Shown: positions 1-13,700 of the stretch, in pieces
How the letters are laid out: the number at the start of each line of letters is the position of its first letter
Position numbering within the stretch: position 1 is the first letter of the stretch
From: Squalus acanthias
Lineage: Eukaryota
DNA: 64,000 nucleotides
Direction of reading: 5' to 3'
NCBI GenBank assembly: GCA_030390025.1
Contig: CM059432.1
Span: forward strand, 50,718,001-50,782,000
Program-made: the position numbers and the translations under genes
The notes under the pieces: generated by a model
What the model saw: the letters and a program-made list of their open reading frames with translations, nothing else
The model's database searches: none
Told to the model about the DNA's origin: nothing

Positions 1-59
1 AGGCAGACACTCGGGGCCATGAAATGTACTAAGTCTACATCAAGAATCAAGATGTATTT

Positions 60-312
60 ACACAAATTAAATCCCATCATGACAAGTTGTGAAACTGAAT
101 TGAATAAATCTGTTAATGTGTGGTTTGTTACCAGAATAAACATGACCATGAAAGCTTCTGGTTTTATCATAAAAATCCAAATAATCATTAACGCCCTTCA
201 GGGAAGAGAACCTGCCACCCCTATCTGCTCTGACCTACATGCTACTCCAGTCCCATGCTATGTGGTTGACTCTTTATGTCCTCAGAACAATTAGGGGTGG
301 GTAATAACTGCT
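60..312 (+). mobile_element. Diverged copy of the tRNA-type SINE also seen at 42409-42830
   Basis: Collinear motifs aataaatctg / tgaccatgaaa / cagggaag / tgtggttgactct / caattagg. Confidence 0.55.
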
Positions 313-379
313 GCCATACTGGTCTAGTCCAGAACAAATAGTACAAAAATACATTAGAAATAAGATGTAGGAACTGGAG

Positions 380-900
380 GCTATTGTGGCTGTAGGGAAC
401 TACAACATAATGGGAATATCTTGGCTAACTCTGGATGATAGTAACGAATATAACATACAGGCATATAGACAGAGTGGACAGAAAAGAAGGCAGTGTAGCC
501 CTATATATCAGGACACATGGGTGGTAAAAGAAGCTGATCCTGCAGAAGGTGGCAAGTTACACAATGAACTACTCTGGTTACACATCTCTATGTGAAAAAA
601 TTCAGCCTAAACCCTAGGGTTATGCTACAGGCTAACCAGATTACCATAAGGAAGAAGACAGCTTGCTCTATGAAGTGATAGGAAGAAAAGGGAAGTTATT
701 TTAATTGATAACTTCAATCAATCAAATATAAATAGGGAAGATGCAAGTGGTTTTCGAGTCAGGGTTGGTTGATGTAAAGCATGACTGCTTCATGATCAAG
801 TTCATCTCTGCACTAGAGGCAGTGCTCATCTTGACCTGGTATTCCTAAGTAATTCAGACAATATACAGGAAATAGAAGTTATGGCATCCTTGGGGGCAAG
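380..900 (+). mobile_element. Highly decayed CR1 LINE endonuclease region
   Basis: Fragmentary APE-like translation with many stops (YNIMGISWL..., gataacttcaatca, cttgacctggtattc). Confidence 0.5.
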
Positions 901-1039
901 GGCTCATTTACATAAAAAGAGACAGGAACCTATGCCATTTACAGGCATCCGCCCCACAGGAGGCTAGGAATATCAGAGCAGCACACTGCTGCTCCATTGG
1001 GGGATGGGCTCACCTTTCCAGCCGTAGAGTTCAACTTTC

Positions 1040-1630
1040 TAAAAAAGGTCAACCGAGTATGGCATCAAGAAGCCTTAAGCAAAACTGAGGTCAATGGAAA
1101 AACCCTGCAGTTATGCCTGACACAAAAGAAGATAGTTGTGGTTGTTGAAGGTCAATCATTGTAGTCCCAGATCATCCTCTCACCCTTCAGGTAAGTGCTC
1201 AATCATTTTTGGCTGTTTCATCAATGATCTTCCTTTCATCATAAGGTTAGGAGTGCTGACAATTCCACACTGTTCATCTCCATTTGCAATTCCTCTGATA
1301 ACAAAGCAGTCCATGCTTGCCTATAGCAGGACCTGGAGAATGTCCAGGTTTGGGCCGATAAGTGGCAGGTAATATTTAGGCTACATAAGTGCATGGTAAT
1401 GACCACCTCAAACAAGAGAAAGCCCACTGATCTCCCTTAGACCTTTTACGGCAGCATCATCGTCAAGTTCACCACCATCAACATCTGAGGGGTCACCACT
1501 GACCAGAAACTTAAATGGACCAGCCATATTAATATCATAAGTACTAAATCAGGGCAGAGGCTTTGTACTCTGCAATGAATTACTCACCTCCTGATCCCTC
1601 AAAGCCTTTCCACCATTTGCAAGGCTTAAG
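1040..1630 (+). mobile_element. Decayed CR1-clade LINE RT fragment
   Basis: VWH.., FINDLP.., tgctgac (xAD), W..KWQV remnants. Confidence 0.6.
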
Positions 1631-2094
1631 TCACAAGGAGGTGGACACAAGAAGTGTTCATGATACCTTGCAACTGAATTTTTGTTAGTGTAGGGAAAGG
1701 GCAAGATCTGGTGGAATCAGGTCCACTCTCAAATTCTGGTTCCCTTACTTTCGTATGCCCTGATACTGTCCTCCTAAGCCCAGGAACTTAATCTAGAATC
1801 AGCAAGTTGGCTCATACTGAACAATTATGACTCTAAATGCGTTAACAAACAAATCAAAAGTGAAAGAGGAAAAATAACCTCTACAAATCCCACCGGGAGA
1901 AAAGGGAAGGGGGATTCATTGGGGCGAATATTGAAACATGTAGAAACATGTTTAAAGCATAACGAGGGGCAAAGAGAGACCTAGAAAAAAGCATAGTTGC
2001 AGATTTCTTGCAAAATGGCAAGACATTATTTCAGTACTTCAACAGTCAGATGGCAAGCAGAGAAGGGGTGAAAACCATAAAAGATGCAAATAGA

Positions 2095-2386
2095 CCTCTA
2101 CCACCTAGAAGGACAAGGGCAGTAGGTGCATGGGAATACCACCACCTGCAAGTTCCCCTCCAAGTCATACACCATCCTTACTTGGAAATATATTGCTGTT
2201 CTTCATTGTCGCTGGATCAAAATCCTGGAACTCCCTCCCTAACAGCACTATAGGAGTACCTTCAACACACTGACTACAGTGGTTCAAGAAGGCGGCTCAC
2301 CGCCACCTTCTCAAGGGCAATTAGGAATGGGCAATAAATGCTGGCCTTGCCAGTGACGCCCACATCCCATGAATGAATAAAAAAAA
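2095..2386 (+). mobile_element. LINE 3' end whose tail is shared with the SINE at 42409-42830
   Basis: tcctggaactccct (WNSL)...ttcaagaaggcggctcac...gggcaataaatgctggccttgccagtga...catcccatgaatga plus A-tail. Confidence 0.7.
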
Positions 2387-2499
2387 TTGAAACAGAAGAT
2401 AAGCACAAAATAGTAAATATTCTTAATTATTACTTGCTCCCAAGTATTCACAGGAGTAGACATGAGTAATATACTGTCCCCAAACAGATATAACCTAGG

Positions 2500-5400
2500 C
2501 AAAATTAATGCCTAGACTTCCAAAAAGTATTTGACAAAGTTCCACATGAAAAGGTTAGTTAAGTAGAAAGCTGTCGGAATTCAAGGTGAATCTTCAGAAC
2601 AGACTAGAAACTGGGTGAAGGTTAGAAAACATTAGGTACTTGTTAGAGGAGCTATGTTGGGGCAGGGAAGTACTGAAAGGGGCACCTCAGCAATTGGTGT
2701 TGGGACCACTACTATTTTAATTTACATTAATGACTTGGATTCATATTCTCAAAAGCAAAGTGGTCTAATTTGCAGATGAAACCAAACTAGTTTGGGCAAT
2801 GGAATCAGCTCAGAAATTACAAAATAAGTTGGACAAAATATGTAAGTGAGCAAAAAAAAAGGCAATTAACGTTTAATGTGGACAAGTGTAAAGTATTGCA
2901 CATGGGAAGGAAAAATGGGCAACATGTATTCCATGAATGGTGTTGAAATAGCTAGGGATAAAGTTGAAAGCAACTTAGGAGTCTTAGTAGATTTGATGCT
3001 CAAAATGTCAAATAAATACAGAGCTGCAATCAATAAAGCCAACAGAATGTTGAACAGTACAATAGAAGAAGTTCAGATCAAACTGTACAGTGCTCTGGTC
3101 AGAACACATCTTGAATAACGTGTCCAGTTCTGGTCACCAAAACACAAAGATATATTAGTGCTGAAGTTCATACAAAAATGAGCCATGAGGATGTTCCTGG
3201 ACTCAAAGATATGAGCTAAGAGGAAAGACTGGAGAAGCTGGGGCGTTTCACCCTTGAAATTAAACATTGCAGGGTATAACATGTTTAGAAAGGATAGAGA
3301 GGGAAAAAGGGGAGGTGGAGTAGCTGTACTCATTAGGGATAACATAATGGCAGTAGAAAAAAGGGACGTAGATATCAGCAAGACAAAAATAGAATCCACA
3401 TGGATAGAGATAAAAGATAATAAAGGATCAATCACACTAATAGGTGTAATCAACAGACCACCTAATAGTGGAAGGGGGATGGAGGAAGAAATATACAGAC
3501 AAATAAGAGAAATGAGTAAAAAATATAGAATAATCATCATGGGGGATTTCAACTACCTCAATATTAAATTGGACAGAAGAGGTAGGTAAAGGGGATAAGG
3601 GAATGGAGTTCCTACAATGTCTACAGGACTCCTTTCTAACCCAATATGTAAAAAGCCCAACAAGGGAGGATTCGCTATTGGATCTAGTTATGGGGAATGA
3701 GCCAGAGCAGATAAGAGAAGTAAAAGTAGGGGAACATATAGGCAATAGTGACCAAAATATAATACGCTTTAAGATGATAATAGAGAAGGACATACGTATG
3801 ACAAAAAACAGGTTAATAGATTGGAGAAAAGTTGATTTTGAGGGGCTGAGAATAGAACTTGGGAAGATAAAATGGGCAACAATATTGGCAAACAACGATG
3901 TAGATCAACAATGGGAAACATTTAAAACGGTGTTCAACAGAGTGCAGGAAAAATATATTCCGCTAAAAGGAAAGAACAAACTAAACACTAATGAGACACC
4001 ATGGATAAATAAAGACATAAGGGAACAATTGAGGGTAAGGAAAGAGGTATACATTAAGTACATAGACAGCAGAGGATTGCATGATAAGAGAGAATACGAA
4101 GGGATGAGGAGAAAAGTAAAAAAAAAACAATTAGGAAGGCAAAGAGGAAGTATGAAATTAAATTATCAAGGAACATAAAACAAAATAGTAAAATATTTTA
4201 CGGGCACATCAATAAAAGAAGGAAGGTTAGGTTGGGAATAGGGCCATTAAGGGATAGACAGGACAATACCACACGATAGGAAGTTGGCAGAAATATTAAA
4301 TCATTATTTCGCTTCAGTATTTACCAGGGAGATAGAACAGGTGGACATGACATTGGATGATGAGATGAGTAATGAGATAAGTGCATTTAAAATAAAAAAG
4401 GGGATATATTAAATAAACTAATCAAACTCAAAGAGCAAAAACCCCTGGTCTGGATGGATTGCATCCAGGCATTTTTAAAGAATCTAGGGAAGAGATAGCA
4501 GAGGCGTTACTACACATATTTAATAATTCGTTAGAAAAAGGTGTAGTGCCAGAGGACTGGCGGATAGCTAACGTAATACCTATATTTAAGAAGGGGGATA
4601 GAACATGTCCAGGGAACTATAGGCCAGTCAGCTTAACATCGGTGGTAGGAAAAATAATGGAATCCCTACTAAAAGAGAGCATAGAAGAACATCTAGAAAT
4701 GAAAAGTGTAATAATGAACAGTCAGCATGGATTTCAAAAGGGAAAATCTTGCTTGACCAACCTTATTGAATTTTTTGAAGAGGTAACAGAGAGAGTAGAC
4801 AATGGTAATGCAGTAGATGTAATTTATCTAGATTTTCAAAAGGCCTTCGATAAGGTACCCCATAATAGACTCATTAATAAAGTCAGAGAATGCGGAGTCA
4901 GGGGGCAAGTAGCAGAATGGATTGCTAGCTGGCTTCAAGACAGAAAGCAGAGAGTGGGAATAAAGGGTAGCTATTCACAGTGGCAGAAGGTGAATCTTTT
5001 ATTCTTTTATTCCAGTGGCAGAAGGTGGGTAGTGGTGTTCCACAAGGATCAGTGCTGGGACCACTGCTGTTCACAATTTACATTAACAATTTAGACTTTG
5101 GAATCAAAAACACAATTTCTAAATTTGCAGATGATACCAAATTGGGGGGGGATAGTCAATACTGAGGAGGACTGCAACAAATTACAGGAGGACATTAATA
5201 AACTTGCAGAATGGGCATATAATTGGCAAATGAAGTTCAACACAGATAAATGTGAGGTATTACATTTTGGTAGAAAGAATAGGGAGGTCACTTATCACTT
5301 GGAGGGTGCGAGTCTAGGTGGGGTAGAGGAACAAAGGGATCTTGGAGTACAAATGCACAAATCACTAAATGTTGCGCCACAGGTTAGCAAGGCCATAAAA

Positions 5401-6330
5401 AAAAACAAGCACTAGGGTTTATTTCTAGAGGGATAGAATAAAAGTAGGGAAGTTATGCTAAACCTGTATCGAACCTTGGTTAGACCACACTTAGAGTACT
5501 GCGTACAGTTCTGGTCGCCATATTATAAAAAGGATATAAAGGCACTGGAGAGGGTGCAGAGAAGATTTACAAGGATGATACCAGAAATATCAGGAAAGGA
5601 TGAACAGGCTGGGTCTCTTTTCTCATGAAAAAAGGCTGAGGGGTGACCTAATAGAGGTCTTTAAAATTATGAAAGGTTTTGATAGAGTGGATAGAGAGAG
5701 AATGTTTCCACTTGTGTGGAAGAGCATAACTAGAGGCCATCAATATAAGATAGTCACCAAGAAATCCAATAGGGAATTCAGAAGAAGCTTCTTTACCCAA
5801 AGAGTGGTGAGAATGTGGAACTCGCTACCACAGGGAGTGGTTGAACCGAATAGTATAGATGCATTTAAGGGGAGGCTGGACAAGCATATGAGGGAGAAGG
5901 GAATAGAGGGTTATGCTGATAGATTTAGATGAGGAAAGACGGGAGGAGGCTTCGGTGGAGCATAAACGCCGGCATGGACTGGTTGGGCCGAATGGCTTGT
6001 TTCTGTGCCGTATATCCTATGTAATGTAATCCTATGAAATGAGGCATCTGCTCTTAAGAGGTATAGAAGATAGTAAACCGTATGGAAAAGGTAAATGTGG
6101 AAAATTACCAGAGACTAAGGCCAAGGGACTAGTAAACTAGTAAAAGGAAAATTTACGAATGATATCAGGAAGTCTTCAAAAAGTGATCAATAAATGGAAT
6201 GGACTCCTAGATACAAAAGTGAAAGCAAAAACCTTAGAATCAGTTAAGAAACAATTGGATGCTACAATGGGGGAGAGAGCTTTAGGGTTTTTCTGGATGG
6301 ATGAACTAACATGAGCCAAATGGCCTTTGT
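2500..6330 (+). mobile_element. Old CR1 LINE RT fragment (2500-3253 and 6036-6330), split by a younger CR1
   Basis: LDFQKVFDKVPH, tttgcagatga (FAD), LYSALVRTHLE; the 3' portion (KWNGL...) resumes after 6036. Confidence 0.75.
3254..6035 (+). mobile_element. CR1 LINE, 5'-truncated ORF2 (APE + RT), frameshifted, with 3' microsatellite tail
   Basis: ORFs 3254..5932: [54 protein letters not shown]; tail cctatgtaatgtaatcctat. Confidence 0.95.
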
Positions 6331-6615
6331 TACAATTCTGGGGTCTTGCCTTAGATATTCCCTTAGGTACAGCCGTGCTAGTCACTCCTGTAAGCGGTCG
6401 GAACGTCTTGTGTTTTGGCATGTGCCTGTACTGCCCCATATCTAACCATACAAAAGTGTAACTTAGTGGTGTGACAATAGTAACCCCTTGTGATCTGAAC
6501 TGGATACTCTTATCTTGCACAGGCATGCTTCTTCAATCTCGTCGAAGATGGACTAAGAAAATATTTTGTTGAGACCTGCTTTATTTCACAGTAAGTGAAC
6601 ATACATACCAGCAGC

Positions 6616-6655
6616 CATGATCAGATTTACTTAGTCATGATCAGATTTACTTAGT
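6616..6655. repeat. Perfect 20-bp tandem duplication (catgatcagatttacttagt)x2
   Basis: Read directly from the sequence. Confidence 0.85.
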
Positions 6656-7678
6656 TCAATCATTGCAAAATTTCTTTGCGTAATAATGCAAGATAATGAA
6701 CATGCTTTGCATCCCCACGTAAGTGTGTCATCTTACTTGACTTAACACAACCTCCCGTGTGCTAAACTTCTGAGCCAGGCCAAAGCTGGTCTTCACAGCT
6801 TTCTGTTTATAACCTGACTGACATTACAGCCTTTGCTGACCTGACTGACTGCCTATGTCCCTGTTTTTATAGCACGCAGTGTTCACAGCCAGAAAGGCCC
6901 AGAGACTTTCCAACACAAGGAGTGTGAAACAGGCTAATTAATTATTTATTGTTTACGATCTATAGGAAAGCAAAATCAAAGTTTAGCTCATTATGATTTT
7001 AATTACTTTTTGCCTTTTAAAAAAAACTTATGTGAATACACTTTGCTTTAAAAACTGACCTTTAAAAGTAACTATTTTTCTTTCCAAATCTTATTTGTAG
7101 GAAATGAGTCAATAAAGCTCTTAAAATGTGATAGCCTCCTGCATCTGTAATTATCTTATGGTTCTGTGATTATAAATTTTGAATTATAAGGGAGCAGAGC
7201 AAGTTGTTAATGTCAACTATCGGGACGGTACTGAGCAGAGGTCAGCATGTCCCCAACAGGGGGGAAGATGGGAGAGATAGAAAACAATGACAACGACATC
7301 CTGGGACATTTTGAAAACCTTTGAATGAGCACTTAAAGACTATATTAACAAAACAAAAGAGGTTAATAATTAATCTTCAGTGGAGATGATGCAAGACAGT
7401 TTGTTAGAGAAGAAAATGGGAGAGAGAAAAAAGGGAGAAGGAAGGGAACGGTTACAATAGGACAACATGAGTTGTGCATTACTTAAATACCAAATGTTCT
7501 TGAATAAACATGGTCTTCAAATAGGAATCCACAACTCAGTACCACAACTAGTAAATGTCCGGTGGTCCTGAAAACAACCACCTTTATATTATAGATAAAA
7601 GTGAAAAGCACAATAAAGACACAAATATATTTTGTGAATGAAAGGACATTCAAGGATCTGGAAACAGTAACAACTTAC

Positions 7679-7797
7679 CGATCCTAACTTAAAGGGTCTC
7701 TTACAGCCACCACAGAATTCATACTGACATTCTGAGCAAGTAAAATGAATACAACCCCCTCTGGACAGGTCAAATCGAACTCTGCAATTAGGGCACT
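7679..7797 (-). CDS. Exon, catalytic RING2 ([40 protein letters not shown])
   Basis: ctgctttag|AG...TCG|gtaagt; 119 nt, phase 1->0; GGCIHF corresponds to HOIP GGCMHF (catalytic Cys/His). Confidence 0.95.
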
Positions 7798-10700
7798 CTA
7801 AAGCAGACACAAAATATACAATGAAAGAGATTAGGAACCCACATTGCAGGCCAAAAATGTCTGCATATATATCAATTAGACATTACATCATTAACTCAAG
7901 AACACAGGTGTCACCACACAGAGGGAAGATTTCTGCTGTTCGCTATTTATAGAGAAAATGCATGTATACAGAACACATTTATGATTTCAATATAAATGGA
8001 AAAAAAAACAGAAATCTGCTGCCATAATGGTGAATAACTATAGCCAATTTTTTGCACCTAGGAAACTCAAAGCTAAAGGTACATGAGCAATGCAGTGTAG
8101 CGATAGCTGGAGCAAATAGGGTGTTGGGGTGTATCCATAGGACAATTGAGTACAAGACGAGGTACACTGTTTTGTCCTTGTACAAGACCTTAGTCATGCG
8201 CACTTGGAATACTGTGTCCAGTTTTGGTCTCCTCACATGGCGGGTGATATTGAGGCTTTGGAAAAGGCGCAGAGGAGGGTCACTAGACTAATTCTCAGAC
8301 TAAAGCATCTTAGTTATCAAGATGGGCTAAAAGAGTTGGGACTCTGTACCTTAGGGAAGTGTAGACTAAGGGGGGGGTGGATCTGATTGAGGTTTAGAAG
8401 AAGGGAATAGATTGTGTTCCAGCTGACAGTTTATTTCAATTAAATAGGTTAGGTAGGACCAGGGATCACAAATTTAAGTTGTATAAGGCCAGATCTAAGT
8501 TAGATGTCAGGAGGTGGTTCTTTTCCCAGAGAATAGTGGACCTCTGGAACAGGCTGCCGTCTCGTGCGGTGGTCGCGGACTCGCTGAATTCCTTCAAGCG
8601 AGAGCTGGATTTGTTTCTGGCTGGGGCATAGAACATAGAACAGTACAGCACAGTACAGGCCCTTCGGCCCTCGATGTTGTGCCGAGCATTGTCCGAGACC
8701 AAGATCAAGCTATCACACTCCCTGTCACTCTGGTGTGCTCCATGTGCTTATCCAATAACCGCTTGAAAGTTCCTAAAGTGTCCGACTCCACTATCACAGC
8801 AGGCAGTCCATTCCACACCCCAACCACTCTCTGAGTAAAGAATCTACCTCGGACATCCCTTCTATATCTCCCCCCATGCACCTTATAGCTATGCCCCCTT
8901 GTAACAGCTGCCTCTACCCGAGGAAATAGTCTCTGAACATCCACTCTATCTATCCCCCTCATCATCTTATAAACCTCTATTAAGTCGCCTCTCATCCTCC
9001 TCCGCTCTAAAGAGAAAAGCCCCAACTCCCTCAATCTTTCCTCATAAGACCTCCCCCCCAAACCAGGCAGCATCCTGGTAAATCTCCTTTGCACTCTTTC
9101 CAATGCTTCCACGTCCTTCCTATAGTGAGGTGACCAGAACTGCACACAATATTCCAAATGTGGTCTCACCAAGGTCCTGTACAGTTGCAGCATAACCTCA
9201 CGGTTCTTAAACTCAAACCCTCTGTTAATAAACGGCAACACACCATAGGCCTTCTTTACTGCTCTATCCACTTGAGTGGCAACCTTCAGAGATCTGTGGA
9301 TATGAACCCCCAGATCCCTCTGCTCCTCCACGTTCCTCAGAACCCTGCCGTTGACCCTGTAATCCTTATTCAAATTTGCCCTACCAAAATGAATCACCTC
9401 GCACTTATCAGGGTTAAATTCCATCTGCCATTTTTCGGCCCAGCTCTGCATCCTATCAATGTCTCTTTGCAGCCTACAACTGCCCTCCACCTCATCCACT
9501 ACTCCACCAATCTTGGTGTCATCAGCAAATTTACTGATCCACCCTTCAGTCCCCTCCTCCAAGTCATTGATAAAAATCACAAACAGCAGAGGACCCAGCA
9601 CCGACCCCTGTGGCACACCGCTGGTAACTGGTCTCCAGTCCGAAAATGTTCCATCCACCACCACCCTCTGCCTTCTATGAGATAGCCAGTTACTTATCCA
9701 ATCAGCCAAATTTCCCTCTATCCCACAACTCCTTACTTTCTTCATGAGCCGACCATGGGGAACCTTATCAAACGCCTTACTAAAATCCATGTATACGACA
9801 TCAACTGCTCTACCTTCATCTACACACTTAGTTACCTCCTCAAAGAATTCAATCAAATTTGTTAGGCAAGACTTACCCTTCACGAATCCGTGTTGACTAT
9901 CCCTGATTAAGTTGCCCCTTTCCAAATGGTCATAAATCCTATCCCTCAGGACCTTTTCCATTATCTTACCAACCACCGAAGTAAGACTAACCGGCCTATA
10001 ATTACCAGGGTCATTCCTATTTCCTTTCTTGAAGAGAGGAACAACATTCGCCACTCTCCAGTCCTCTGGCACCATCCCCGTGGACAGTGAGGACCCAAAG
10101 ATCAAAGCCAGAGGCTCTGCAATCTCCTCCCTTGCCTCCCAAAGAATCCTAGGATATATCCCATCTGGCCCAGGGGACTTATCGACCCTCAGGTTCTTCA
10201 AAATTGCTAAAACATCTTCCCTCAGAACATCTACCACCTCCAGCCTATCCACCTTTATCACACTCTCATCCTCAAGAACATGGCCCCTCTCCTCGGTGAA
10301 CACTGACGAAAAGTATTCATTCATCACCTCTCCTATCTCTTCTGACTCCATGCACAAGTTCCCACTACTGTCCTTGACCGGCCCTACCCTCACCCTGGTC
10401 ATTCTTTTATTTCTCACATAAGATCACCTCTTACAGAAGGTAGGTACTGCAGGGAATTCAGGGCCAGCGTGATCTCCTGGACTAGTTTCAGTCGTTGAGT
10501 ATATTCAAGAAAGAGATCGATAGATTTTTTAATATTAAGGGAATCAAGGGATATGGGGACAGTGCAGGAAAGTGGAGTTGAGGTAGAAGATCAGCCATGA
10601 TCTTATTGAATGGCGGAGCAGGCTCGAAGGGCCAAACAGTCTACTCCTGCTCCTATTTCTTATGTTCAAACGTTGACCCATGATTACATCGTAGTTGTGC

Positions 10701-13700
10701 ATTTATCGTATGTATTTTTTTCCGTCAAAACAGTAAAATTCTACCTGACAAGCAAATCTTGTCAGTAGCCCACAGAATAAGGGCGCAATTTGATGACTAC
10801 AGTTGTGTCTGTGGCATGCTAAAAAATTAAGTTAATCTATAATTATCAGCTGCTGTTAGGTGCAAATATAGTTACCTAATCCATTTTGGGTGAGGTAGAT
10901 GTCTAGTTTGCTTGCCTGATACTCAGGGTTATTCTGCTGCTTCCATATCTTAAACTTTTCGCAGCTGATCCCTTCATGCTGTTGCTCCCACTGAGGAAAA
11001 AAAACATGAAGCATCATTGGTCATAGTTCTGTGAAATCTCCACAACAGCTGGAATGCAGATCAATTAAATACAGATAATTATACAGTCCAACAGATTACT
11101 TACAGGAATCTTGCATTGGAAGCATGAGCTTTTTTCACAAGAAGGACAATCCATTCTCAATCTATCTATCTCATGCAACAGTCCAAAGGAACACTGAAAG
11201 AAACAATATAACATTTAGCATAGAAACCATGTTCAGTATAAAACTTAGCTTAATGCAATTTCAACTAATTCCAATTTGTATTCCAAACTTGATCAAATAA
11301 TTTTGCCTCAACCATATGGTTGCCATATGATGTTTGTTTCTTTGGTAGACAGGAAATTAAGGAAGTCAAGAACTGCGATCCACAGCCATTACTCACAGAC
11401 ATGCCTATCTACACAGTGGCTCATCGTTTGAAGCCACAATGGTTAAAGTGTTCAGACAGCCTCCATAGATTCGGTGCAGAGATCATGGAACAATTCTACA
11501 ACTAACAAATACAAATATCTAAGTTCTAATACAAACAATCAGTATAACTAATCTTGCAAATGAACTTAACTAAAAAGATGCAAGAGAGCCATGCTAGTCT
11601 TTTTAAAAATCTAATTCTGCCATTTTGAAACCATTATCTGCAAAACTGCAGCTGTGCATTTCCACGGCGTGGTGTGAGAGTTGGATAGGCACTCTATTAA
11701 ATCTGTAACTGTACGTAGCTCTGGAGTATTGTGGAGACAGTGGAATCTTATAGGCAGAAAGTGCTGAAATATAAAATGGAAATAAAGAATACATTTCAAT
11801 GTAGAAATGTAAATCCAGAGCTCCCCTGAGCTCAGCGGATAAATGGACCACCTAGTGTAGTACAGAGTCACATAAACCAGAAAGGTCCCTAGTCTGCGCA
11901 GAGTTATGTGAACTCAGCCAAGGCAGAAGTGGGGCACTATAAATGGTTTCTACACCCTAGACTAGGGAGGAAGAAATAAAACAGCCAGGATTCCCACCTC
12001 TGATGATTGCCCAGGTGTCTAGATATTGGGTATAGCCTGGATTAGCCTCAGCTGTGATGTCCCTACAGCCAAATAACTTACCAACACTCAGGGCTAGAAA
12101 TTCATCATAGCCCAGAATGGGCGGTATCATTAGAAAAGTTGGAGAATTAGCGCCAGGCGCTAATGCTTTAGACTGCATGCAAAATTCGCGCTCATTGCTC
12201 AAAAAAATGATTGGAGTCCTAATTCAAGTCTTTAAGCCCAAGCTCATTGGTGTTACACTCAAAGGCTGAGGGGGTCGTTCGGCCCGACTGCCTGCCTCTC
12301 TTCCACGGCCACGTTCGCGCCCAGGTGGTCCTGGAGATGGAACACGGGGTGTCCGCCGGCACGCTCGAGGCCTTCCGTGACCGGTGGGCACCGGAGGGAC
12401 TGGAGTGCATCATCACCCCCGGCAATAAAATTTTAATTTAAGTTGTTAAGTTTACTTTAATGTTTTTTGTTAAGTTACAGTTTTATTGTTTATTGTTCAA
12501 ACCAGAAGAGTACACTCAAAGGGTGGACCAATATCAGGTGCAGTCTAATCACAAGTCATGATTGTCACAGGCTTTTTTCAGTACTTAAAGGGGAGGTTCA
12601 TTGATGCTGCAGAATCTAATTTTCAGCATTGCTGGCTATGCAGCTGTCTCAGCAAGCAACAGCAGGTCAAGGAGAAGGAGCGGAGGACTGAAGCAACTGT
12701 ACGCATGGCAGATCCACGCCTCAGGGAGAGAGCCTGCAGATTCTGCGATTAAGCACTGTAGGCGTTGGTGTTCGCTGTGGAAAGACGGAGGGCAGTGCTC
12801 TACCCAGCAAGTGGCAGGAGGCCCTCGCCGCAAGTCTTCCGCACCATGTGGAGGGAGGCAGTGCAGCACGTCTTGGGCAACACTGTGGTGCCAAGGACCC
12901 ACACACAGTGCAGGAAGATATTTAACGACCTCACTCGGGTTGTCAGGGTGAGTGAATGCTTCAACAAATGCTACATAACACCATCTGAACCACAGTCTTC
13001 ACACACTGCCCAAAGCACCACACCCCCAGCACTCACCCACCAACAATCTCTACCTACCAACACACACACCCACATCTCAAACCTTGCACACAATGACAGC
13101 TATTCAACTACGGCAGGCACATCACCCAAACACATTGTTCCACGCTCACTCACACACTTTCCTTTCTCTTGCAGGCCAAGGTGGCTCACAACAGGAGGGA
13201 GCAGGAGCGCATAGGCAGGGGACAAGCCGACAGACAACAACTGTCTGCGCTGGAAAATAGAGTGCTGCAGATTATTGGGCGCCAGGTGGTGGGCGCCGTG
13301 GCCAATGGCGACATTGACCCCCTTAGGGACACTAACTGTATGTTCATCCCTACTCCTTCTTCTCACACCCAACTTCCCTCTGACCCCACAACCCTTTCAC
13401 ACTTTCCATCCAATCATGGTGTATGCATGCATTTCTCTCTTCCTGTCCCGCTCCCCTCACCTTAACCCGACTCTTGTGCCTTTATGCTTTCAGATAATGA
13501 GCAAGCACCTGAGCAGCCTGTCCCTGAGGGCACTGTAAAAAGCGAGGGAGGGGAGAAGAGGAGGAGGAACACACCGCGTCACTGCATGTTCTCACCTGCA
13601 GGCACCAGCTCAGATCCTGGCACTACGCGTTCTTTAGAGGCTAGTATAGTAGCGGGATCTGCACAGGGTAATGCACCGGGAACGAGCGGGCTGCAGCAAG

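Noticed and set aside
9158..10421. Plus-strand ORFs of 73-175 aa (similar ones at 38108-38660 and 62679-63960)
   Set aside because: Antisense shadows of CR1 ORF2.
11815..12090. Possible ancient SINE split by the Harbinger (resumes about 15046-15150); similar weak signals at about 21000-21290 and 42885-43000
   Set aside because: The resemblance is only impressionistic, and I cannot fix the boundaries or the family without a repeat library.
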